Source: a virus. Taken from it: a stretch of DNA of 64,000 bases. The notes under the pieces are model-generated. The model saw only the letters and a program-made list of their open reading frames with translations, ran no database searches and was not told where the DNA came from. The translations under genes and the position numbers were made by a program. This document shows positions 52,824 to 59,951 of the stretch, piece by piece. Location of the stretch: the IMG/VR virus record IMGVR_UViG_3300045988_131485. One strand, given 5' to 3'. Numbering within the stretch: position 1 is the stretch's first letter; every line of letters begins with the position of its first letter.

Positions 52824-52852
52824 GGATAGCAACAAAGAAAATTATTCTGTAA
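52824..52852 (+). promoter_or_regulatory. class-A/B hybrid motif (P21)
   Basis: GGATAGCAACAAAGAAAATTATTCTGTAAGAGGAG. TCTGTAA keeps the canonical 14-nt spacing, but the downstream part is replaced by the SD. Confidence 0.5.
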
Positions 52853-52866
52853 GAGGAGTGAAAGCA

Positions 52867-53172
52867 ATGAGATTCCGTAAAAACGCCGTCCCCGTACCTG
52901 TTACCCGCGATCTCCTGCAGGAAAAGCAGACTGAGATTGCTCGTCTGGCTCGTCAGGCAAGCGAGGCGGTAGACATCGTTACCAGAACAATGAATGAGCT
53001 GGAGGGTATCAACCAGCAGATCGACAACGACCTGGCTGAGATCGACACCTATTCCAAGGAACTGGCCGCGACACGCGCCGCCATGTCCCAGCAGCGGAAG
53101 AACAATACCGCTATCATCGCCAACTTCGCAAAGCTCCTGGATACCAGTCCCGCAGAGAGCGTGAGTGAGTAA
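52867..53172 (+). CDS. hypothetical coiled-coil protein
   Basis: ORF-track 52822..53172 starts inside P21. The ATG at 52867 follows GAGGAG. Confidence 0.55.
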   Translation: MRFRKNAVPVPVTRDLLQEKQTEIARLARQASEAVDIVTRTMNELEGINQQIDNDLAEIDTYSKELAATRAAMSQQRKNNTAIIANFAKLLDTSPAESVSE

Positions 53173-53198
53173 TTCATTCGGTTGACCAACCGGAGTAT

Positions 53199-53255
53199 GA
53201 GGCGCTAACAGCAATTTTACAACTATCAAACTTTTACTTTGACTCAATGCGTCTC
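53199..53255 (+). ncRNA. free-standing helix-TAACAGCAAT element (57 nt)
   Basis: GAGGCGC-TAACAGCAAT-(~30 nt)-CAAT-GCGTCTC. The 7-bp closing helix has one G-U pair. It lies 12 nt upstream of tRNA-Ser. Confidence 0.5.
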
Positions 53256-53267
53256 GTTGAAAAGCGT

Positions 53268-53358
53268 GGAGGGGTAATCCTAACTGGTAAGGAAGCAGTT
53301 TGCTAAACTGTTAGTAATCCGAAAGGGTGTGTGGGTTCGAGTCCCATCCCCTCCGCCA
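53268..53358 (+). tRNA. tRNA-Ser (GCT), class II
   Basis: Acceptor GGAGGGG/CCCCTCC, discriminator G, loop TTGCTAA, long variable arm, encoded CCA. Confidence 0.85.
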
Positions 53359-53441
53359 AGCCGCAATAGCGGCGAACTCTTTATCACCTCCTCTCTCTGA
53401 CGGCGGGAAAGACCGCTGACGGCCCGGAAAGACGGGCGGCA

Positions 53442-53553
53442 TGGGAGCGTCCGGTGGCAGCTCATAACGTGTAATCGACGGTGGACACGCACAGCAATTT
53501 TACCTTGAAAGTCTGCAAAACTTTTGCTTACGGTTCGACTCCGTAGCTCCTAA
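53442..53553 (+). tRNA. tRNA-like gene (Cys-GCA-type anticodon arm) carrying the conserved helix insert
   Basis: Acceptor TGGGAGC/GCTCCTA, T-arm TACGG-TTCGACT-CCGTA, intact anticodon arm AAAGT-CTGCAAA-ACTTT. Between the D region and the anticodon arm lies CATAA-CGTGT-(12 nt)-ACACG-CACAGCAAT. No CCA is encoded. Confidence 0.55.
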
Positions 53554-53758
53554 AAAACCGTCATCAATCTATAAGAAGGGTCGTGTGTGTCATGAAGAAG
53601 TTCCTGGCTATCGTTCTGTGATTCAAAGTGATCAGCGGCAGCGGCGTCCAGCGCCGGGTATGTGGAGAAAGCCATGAATAGAATACGAGACAAGCCCTAA
53701 GTCATCTTCGGATGACAGTACAGTAATGAATGCGACGATGAATGAACAGTAACGAATT

Positions 53759-53813
53759 GGGGCACTAACAGCAACCATCAACATTACCTGCTTTGGAAAT
53801 GAGAATGTGTCCC
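53759..53813 (+). ncRNA. free-standing helix-TAACAGCAAC element (55 nt)
   Basis: GGGGCAC-TAACAGCAAC-(~28 nt)-AAT-GTGTCCC. The 7-bp closing helix has one G-U pair. Confidence 0.5.
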
Positions 53814-53824
53814 GTACACGTGGC

Positions 53825-53836
53825 AAAGAGCCATTT
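53825..53836. repeat. left 12-bp inverted repeat AAAGAGCCATTT
   Basis: Exact reverse complement of 54973-54984. It encodes KWLF on the minus strand. Confidence 0.8.
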
Positions 53837-54043
53837 CATTGCCATCAACTTGTCCTCGAAGAACGCCTTAGTGAAGCGCTGAGAGATGTCGTGCTCGCTG
53901 GCGCTACGGAGAGATGCCACAGCGAAATTGAGATCCAGGAGAGCCTTGCCGGTAGTGCGGAAGCCGACTGCACCGTTCTCGGTGACAGAGACATTGCACT
54001 CGTTATTCAGCGTGCTCTTGATCCCATCCATAAAGTTACTCAT
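53825..54043 (-). pseudogene. N-terminal 73-codon fragment of DUF2828/vWA gene (detached by inversion)
   Basis: MSNFMDGIKSTLNNECNVSVTENGAVGFRTTGKALLDLNF...DKLMAMKWLF, with an AGGAGG RBS. After KWLF the frame runs into unrelated sequence. Confidence 0.65.
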
Positions 54044-54073
54044 TATCTCTTACCTCCTATATTGAGATACCCA

Positions 54074-54109
54074 GGACACACTTTTTATTTACTGTTGCTG
54101 TTTATGCCC
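54074..54109 (-). ncRNA. short helix-TAAACAGCAAC element (36 nt, weak)
   Basis: Minus sense is GGGCA-TAAACAGCAAC-(15 nt)-TGTCC. The helix is only 5 bp. Confidence 0.3.
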
Positions 54110-54116
54110 AGAGAAA

Positions 54117-54240
54117 TGGAGCGGCAGGTAGGACTCGAACCTACGAATGGCAGCTTGGCTTCCTTGAACATTGCTGTTAGCGGAACTCCTCGTTTCGCAT
54201 TGTAATAGGGCTGCTGTGTTGACCACTTCACCACTGCCGC
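54117..54240 (-). tRNA. tRNA-like gene (Gly-like acceptor/discriminator) carrying the conserved helix insert
   Basis: Acceptor GCGGCAG/CTGCCGC, discriminator U, CCA encoded, T-arm GTAGG-TTCGAGT-CCTAC. The stem GCAGC/GCTGC encloses 57 nt including AAT-GCGAAAC-GAGGA-GTTCCGC-TAACAGCAAT. Confidence 0.55.
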
Positions 54241-54379
54241 ATGAAGCTCGTCTTTCCGAGCCGTCACAACCCAGTTCAAGATATTTGGGTTGAATATCTG
54301 GCGTTTACCGTCAGCATAGACATAAACGATCCCAAAGCCCTATGCCTATCCGCCCATTAGCAGGGACGGCTTCTGCTTG

Positions 54380-54496
54380 TGCCAGGGGTGGGACTCGAAC
54401 CCACGACCACGGGATTAACAGTCCATAGAAAGTTGCTGTAAGCGTCTCAACAAGACACGCATTAGTACGCGCTCTGTCCGACTGAGCTACCCTGGC
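54380..54496 (-). tRNA. tRNA-like gene (Asn-GTT-type anticodon loop) carrying the conserved helix insert
   Basis: Acceptor GCCAGGG/CCCTGGC, canonical D-arm GCTCAGTCGGACAGAGC, and GGA-CTGTTAA-TCCCG. The 43-nt insert TACTAAT-GCGTGTC-TTGTT-GAGACGC-TTACAGCAAC-TTTCTAT splits the 5' strand of the anticodon stem (CG / GGA). No CCA is encoded. Confidence 0.6.
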
Positions 54497-54764
54497 GTAC
54501 GCCCCGCCGTAGCGGGGCTATTTTGCATGACCCCTCTTATGTGCATTTTCTACTCAAACCCAGCCGTATAATACGGCAAACAGTTATACCGATCGGTTCG
54601 GCTTCCCGCACTATTATGGCTGGCGGCGAACCAGGTTTTCACCGTACTGTAAATTATCGGGGTCGAGATAATGACATACGGCAAGGAACAACAGACAAGC
54701 AAACCCATATTCAACATTAGTCTGTCGCACCTCCTTTTTTTTGTAACTACACTAAGTAGCTTGT

Positions 54765-54888
54765 TGCAAGGAGTGGGACTCGAACCCACGACAATCAGTT
54801 CCCTTTTTACATAGCTGTTAGCGCAACTGGGGGAGGGGAACGTTACGCATTTTTTATACTGGTGCTCTACCAACTGAGCTACCCTTGC
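54765..54888 (-). tRNA. tRNA-like gene (identity unclear) carrying the conserved helix insert
   Basis: Acceptor GCAAGGG/TCCTTGC, canonical D-arm and T-arm. The anticodon region is replaced by ...AAAAAAT-GCGTAAC-(14 nt)-GTTGCGC-TAACAGCTAT.... No CCA is encoded. Confidence 0.55.
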
Positions 54889-54972
54889 ATGGTGGGAGGC
54901 TTTTTCATTGCTGTCTGCGTTGCTCTGTACGCATACGAATACGGAAACCTCCCAGAAACCGCTATATCCGTA

Positions 54973-54984
54973 AAATGGCTCTTT
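54973..54984. repeat. right 12-bp inverted repeat AAATGGCTCTTT
   Basis: Exact reverse complement of 53825-53836. It encodes KWLF on the plus strand. Confidence 0.8.
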
Positions 54985-56322
54985 TATGCTCGTGATGTCC
55001 GTGGTGGCCTGGGCGAGCGCCGGCTGTTCCGCGCCTGTATGGTGCCTCTGGCGAAGGAGTTTTCCGAGTACGTCGCCCCTGTGGTGGCACTGGTACCTGA
55101 GTACGGTCGCTGGGACGATCTGTGGTGCCTGCTGGATACGCCCGTGTGTGACTGTGTGACCGGGCTGGTCAAAGAGCAGCTTTATGACGACGCCCAAAAT
55201 GCGGCAGAGGGCAAACCCATTTCTCTTTTGGCAAAGTGGATGCCCCGCTGCAAGACTTCTTCCAAGCAAACTCGGCATTATGCCCAGATTTTGCGGAAGG
55301 CTGTCGGCATGACTGAGCGCCAGTATCAGCACACCCTCGCCAATCTCTCCCGTTATCTGCTCGTTGTGGAGCAGCAGATGACCGCCAAGCAGTGGGAGGA
55401 AATCGACTATCAGCGTGTCCCCTCTCGTGCCAACCTGCAGTACAACAGCGCTTTCCTCCGTCACGACGAGGATCGCCGACGTGCATTCCTGGGTGCTGTG
55501 GAGAAAGGCGAGGCCAAGATCAACGCTTCTGTTCTCTTCCCGCATGACATCGTACATCGGTACGGTTATGCCGGCAGCACCGACGCCAATCTGGAAGTGC
55601 TGTGGAAGAACCTCCCCGATACGGTGCAGGGCTGTGGTAACACCATCGTGGTGGCCGACGGTTCTGGTAGTATGAGAGTGAGAGTCGGCAATACTGATGT
55701 GTCTGCGCTGGAAGTAGCAAACTCTCTGGCGATCTACTTCGCCGAGCGTTCTTCTGGTCAGTTCAAGGATCAGTACATCACCTTCTCTGAACATCCTCAG
55801 CTGGTCGATTTGAGCAGAGGCAAGAACCTTCGTGAGAAACTGCGGATCGCTGCTACCCATAACGAGGTTGCCAACACCAACATCGAGGCCGTATTCGACC
55901 TGATCCTCACTACGGCGATCAACAAGCACATGGATCAGAGCGATCTTCCCGCGAACATCCTTATCATCTCTGATATGGAGTTCGATGGTTGTGCAACCAC
56001 CGGCGCAATCTCCCATGATAGGTGGGGATATAGCAGACGGGTCGCACCTACTCCCCGCCTGTTTGAGGTAATCGCCCAGCGGTATGCGGAAGCCGGATAT
56101 CAGATTCCTCGTCTGGTATTCTGGAATGTCAACTCCCGTAGCGGCACCATTCCTGTTAAGGAGAACGATTTGGGTGTTGCGTTGGTCAGCGGTTTCTCTC
56201 CCAATATCGCCAAGATGGTAATGAGCGGCCAGACTGATCCTTATGACTGCCTGTTGGAGGCCATCAACGCAGAGCGGTATCAGCAGGTGGACGATGCCCT
56301 TCGTCCTATTATCTCCGCATAA
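54973..56322 (+). pseudogene. C-terminal 449-codon part of DUF2828/vWA (Ro60-like architecture) gene
   Basis: KWLFYARDVRGGLGERRLF... with a vWA MIDAS motif VVADGSGSM. The ORF-track N-terminus (MLYQLSYP...) is a read-through of the antisense tRNA-like gene, and there is no start or RBS at the true junction. Confidence 0.65.
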
Positions 56323-56347
56323 GCAACAAAGTAAACCATTAAGGAGG
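56319..56347 (+). promoter_or_regulatory. class-B-like motif ATAAGCAACAAAGTAAACCATTAAGGAGG
   Basis: Overlaps the stop codon of the vWA gene. Confidence 0.4.
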
Positions 56348-56396
56348 CTCAGAACGATAGAGTAGCAAGTAGCTGTCTACGCTCTGAGCCTCTTTT
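56343..56396 (+). terminator. terminator-like long hairpin
   Basis: GGCTCAGA...TCTGAGCC followed by TCTTTT. Confidence 0.5.
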
Positions 56397-56414
56397 ATCA
56401 AAGGAGTGAAATAC

Positions 56415-57572
56415 GTGGTATATCTCGACAATGCTGCCAACGCTCCGGTCTTCCCGGAGGTTCTGGAAGCTATGCTCCCCTGGCTCCGGCCCGATCATGT
56501 AGGCAATCCCGGAAGCCTCCATACCCAAGGGGTCAATGCTCGTGAAGCTGTTGAAAATGCCCGCCGCCAGGTAGCTAAAATGATTGGTGCCGATCCCTCA
56601 GAGGTGTTCTTTACCTCTGGTGGCACAGAGTCGAACAATGCGTGGTTGCAAAACTTTGGCGGCGATTTGATTTTAACAACTGCTCTGGAACACGATTCGG
56701 TTCTGGAACCTATGTCTGCACACTGTCATCGCCATTATATCAAAGTCCACAAAGATGGTAGCGTAGACCTAAATGATCTGGAGCGTTTTTTATCGGATGC
56801 CCATACTGCTGAGTCTAACTATTTACCTCGTGATGGACGTTCGACAGCTGTTTCTATCATGTGGGTAAATAATGAGCTGGGCACTGTCAATCCTATGAAA
56901 GAAATCGGAACCCTTTGCAAAAGGTATCATGCCGTATTCCATGCCGATGCTGTGCAGGCGGCAGGCCATGTGAATATGAACGTGAAGGACTGCGGAATTG
57001 ACTTCTGCTCTATGTCCGGTCATAAGTTCGGTGCTCCTCTGGGTGTTGGTGTGCTTTATATCAGCAATTCTATCCGTAAATCCCCGTGGATTATCGGTGG
57101 AGGCCAGGAAAACGGAATGCGTGGTGGTACCGAGAACGTTCCGGGAATTGTAGGAATCGGCAAAGCAGCAGAAATCGTTACTGAACGCCTCCAGAACTGG
57201 AAGCTACGGTGGGGATTGCTCAGAGATACATTCTTAACTGATTTGGGGCTAAGAATGCCTGGGGAGTTCTATATCAACGGTGATAGCGAGAACTATTCTT
57301 CTAACATCATCAGCCTGACCATCCCTGGCGTCAACAGCGAATCTCTGCTTCTTCTGTTGGATCAGTTGGATATCTACCTTTCTGCTGGTTCTGCGTGCAG
57401 CGCTGCCAGTGCTAAATCCTCTCACGTTTTGCGTGGTATTGGAATGTCTGATGAAGATGCGGCCTGTACTGTGCGTATTTCAATGGGGTTCAATACCACT
57501 GTTAATGAGATGCACGAAGCGGCAGAGGCTATCGTGACTGCCTCTCATAAGCTGAAATCCATGTATTCTTGA
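56415..57572 (+). CDS. cysteine desulfurase (class V aminotransferase, NifS/IscS-like)
   Basis: YLDNAA...TSGGTESNN...HADAVQA...SGHKFGAPLGVGVLY (PLP-Lys)...LSAGSACS (active-site Cys). The GTG at 56415 has better spacing from AAGGAG than the GTG at 56406. Confidence 0.85.
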   Translation: MVYLDNAANAPVFPEVLEAMLPWLRPDHVGNPGSLHTQGVNAREAVENARRQVAKMIGADPSEVFFTSGGTESNNAWLQNFGGDLILTTALEHDSVLEPMSAHCHRHYIKVHKDGSVDLNDLERFLSDAHTAESNYLPRDGRSTAVSIMWVNNELGTVNPMKEIGTLCKRYHAVFHADAVQAAGHVNMNVKDCGIDFCSMSGHKFGAPLGVGVLYISNSIRKSPWIIGGGQENGMRGGTENVPGIVGIGKAAEIVTERLQNWKLRWGLLRDTFLTDLGLRMPGEFYINGDSENYSSNIISLTIPGVNSESLLLLLDQLDIYLSAGSACSAASAKSSHVLRGIGMSDEDAACTVRISMGFNTTVNEMHEAAEAIVTASHKLKSMYS

Positions 57573-57598
57573 TTAGTGGCAAAGTAAATTAACAAGGA
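57573..57598 (+). promoter_or_regulatory. class-B-like leader TTAGTGGCAAAGTAAATTAACAAGGAG
   Basis: Fused to the SD of the RNA ligase gene. Confidence 0.4.
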
Positions 57599-57607
57599 GT
57601 GAATATA

Positions 57608-59007
57608 ATGTATTGTGCCTATGTTACCAGGATTCACAATCTGAGGAAGCATACCAATGCCGACCGGCTGCTCTGTGGCGAATGTTTCGGTAATACGGTG
57701 ATTGTGGATCTCGGCACCGACCCTGATCAGCTGGGCGTGTACTTCCCTACCGATGGCAAACTCGGTTTGGAGTTCGCACAGAAGAATGACTTGCTGCGGC
57801 GCAAGGATGAGAACGGCGCTCCGGCTGGCGGATACCTTGACCCGGAGAAGCGGAATATTAAGGCTCTCAAGCTCCGGGGCGAGAAGAGCGACGGTCTGTT
57901 CCTCCCTCTCTCCTGTTTAGCTTCTTTTACCGATATCAAGAAGCTCCAAGAGGGCGATACGATCTCTGTGTTGAACGGTATCACTATCTGCGAGAAGTAC
58001 GTACCCGCCGTCAAACGCGCCTCCGGTAGTGGGGGGGTGGCAATCATGTTCGTAAGCGTTCTGATCCTATCTCCCCGCTCTTCCAAGAACACGCTGACAC
58101 GGAGCAGTTGGCCTACAACCTCTCCGCATTCCATGCTGGGGATCTGGTAGAAGTTACCCTGAAAATGCACGGAACTTCTCAGCGTACCGGCTATCTGCCT
58201 GTGTTGCAGGGCTATAAATATCGGAACCGTATGGAAAAGCGGCTCTATGAGAGTCGTAAGACCCCGAATGTGATTCGTTCCAAAATCAAGCGGGCACCCA
58301 TCTATGATTGGGGCTATGTTACCGGAACCCGCCGCGTGGTTCTGGATACCTTCGATGAGGGAGGCTTCTACGGTAATAACGCTTTCCGCGAAAAACACGC
58401 CAACGTCTTTGAAGGAAAGCTCCACAAGGGAGAGACGGTCTACTACGAGGTTGTTGGCTTCACTGACGATGGTACGCCCATCATGAATCCCGGAAACAAC
58501 TCTAAGCTGAACGACAAGGAGTTTACTAAACAGTACGGTAAAACCACCACATTCAGCTATGGCTGCGCTCCCGATGGTAAGGAACATCCCAAGTCCGATC
58601 TTTTCGTTTACCGCATGACAATGACCAACGAAGACGGTGATGTGGTGGAGTATCCGCCCGACTTTATGCGCTATCGTTGCGAACAGATGGGCGTCAAATG
58701 CGTCCAAGTGTTCTGCCGCACTATCATCCCGGACTTCTACCAGCTCCCCGACGATGTTGGATCTCCGCAGGCAGTGAACGCCGGCGAGTATGTGAAGAAG
58801 CTGGCTGAGAATTTCTACGACGGCCCCGATCCTGTCGGCCATACCCATGTTCGGGAAGGTGTCGTGTGCCGTATTGTCAACCGTCCCAAGTTCGCCGCCT
58901 ATAAGCATAAAAACTTTGCGTTCAAGGCGCTGGAGGGACTGATCAAAGACACCGCCGCCGCGCCTGATATGGAAGAAGCTCAGGATGTTGGAGAACAGAA
59001 TGGATGA
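57608..59007 (+). CDS. ATP-dependent RNA ligase (DraRnl/Rnl5-like), reading frame broken at a G7 run
   Basis: The N-terminal OB-like domain (57608-58036) is in one frame. The nucleotidyltransferase part, with motif I EVTLKMHGTS, is in the -1 frame (open from 58036). GGGGGGG at 58031-58037 is the junction. Confidence 0.65.
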
Positions 59008-59116
59008 AAAAGTCGTTTTTGGCTTTATCAACAACTTCAAAGCTGGGCAGATATGGAGCAGCTTGACTCAAGCCTATACCGGAGAATGATCCGGGATTGT
59101 ATCAAAAAGGAGCGAT

Positions 59117-59950
59117 ATGACGATGACGACTTTGATCCAGAATGAGCAGAAGCGCCAGAAGATTATGGCGCGGATGCGGGAACATCTGGTGCCCGTCTTG
59201 GAGCATTGCAGGGGAGGCTGGGTCGGCCTCTTCCTGCAAGGTTCTCAGAATTATAACCTTGACTATGAGGGTAGCGATATTGACACCAAGGCAATCATGT
59301 TGCCCAGCTTTTCCGATTTCGTGTTGAACGCCAAACCTCTCAGCACTACCCACATTATGGAGAATAACGAACACGTGGATTTCAAAGACATCCGCCTCAT
59401 GTTTGACTGTATCAAGAAGCAGAATGTCAACTTTGTTGAGATCCTGTTCACCCCTTACTCCATCATCAACCCGGAGTATGCCGATCTTTTCCAGCCTGTT
59501 CTGGACGCTCGTGAAGAGATTGCCCGATACAACAACTACGCCGGGATGAACTGCATTATGGGTATGGCTCTGGAAAAGCAAAAGGCAATGGAGCACCCCT
59601 ACCCTGCCACAATGGACAAGATTGAGGCATTTGGGTATGACCCGAAGCAGCTTCACCATGCTCTGCGGCTGCGGGAGTTTATGACCCGTTACGAAGCCGG
59701 CGAGCCTTACGCTGACTGTCTTATCAGTAACCAGTGTGATTATCTCAAAGAGGTGAAGCGCGGTTGCTACTCTTTGAAAGAAGCACGGGCACTGATGAGC
59801 ACTGCAATTCAATCTATGACCGAAGACAAAAAGCGCTATATGGATACGGTGTCTGTTTCGATCAACCAGCACGCCAATGAGGTACTGCAAAAGGCTACCG
59901 TTGAAATTCTCAAACGATCCTTCTTAAAGGAAATCCAAGGAGGAGAATGA
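59117..59950 (+). CDS. Pol-beta-superfamily nucleotidyltransferase
   Basis: LQGSQNYNLDYEGSDIDTK fits the G[SG]-x9-13-DxD signature of minimal nucleotidyltransferases. Confidence 0.65.
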   Translation: MTMTTLIQNEQKRQKIMARMREHLVPVLEHCRGGWVGLFLQGSQNYNLDYEGSDIDTKAIMLPSFSDFVLNAKPLSTTHIMENNEHVDFKDIRLMFDCIKKQNVNFVEILFTPYSIINPEYADLFQPVLDAREEIARYNNYAGMNCIMGMALEKQKAMEHPYPATMDKIEAFGYDPKQLHHALRLREFMTRYEAGEPYADCLISNQCDYLKEVKRGCYSLKEARALMSTAIQSMTEDKKRYMDTVSVSINQHANEVLQKATVEILKRSFLKEIQGGE

Positions 59951-59951
59951 G

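Larger units (their letters stand above)
53837..54972. other. inverted 1.14-kb segment between the 12-bp inverted repeats
   Basis: Flipping it fuses the two halves of the DUF2828/vWA ORF in frame. It also puts three tRNA-like genes on the plus strand alongside all neighbouring genes. Confidence 0.6.

Noticed and set aside
54862-54972. ORF-track N-terminus MLYQLSYPCMVGGFF... of the 486-aa ORF
   Set aside because: This stretch is the antisense translation of a tRNA-like gene (the QLSY signature). The real coding sequence begins at the inversion junction (KWLF, 54973).
54550-56016. 488-aa minus-strand ORF
   Set aside because: It is antisense to the vWA gene and runs through tRNA-like genes. 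It is a shadow ORF.
57727-59040. 437-aa minus-strand ORF
   Set aside because: It is antisense to the RNA ligase gene. It has no motifs and odd composition.
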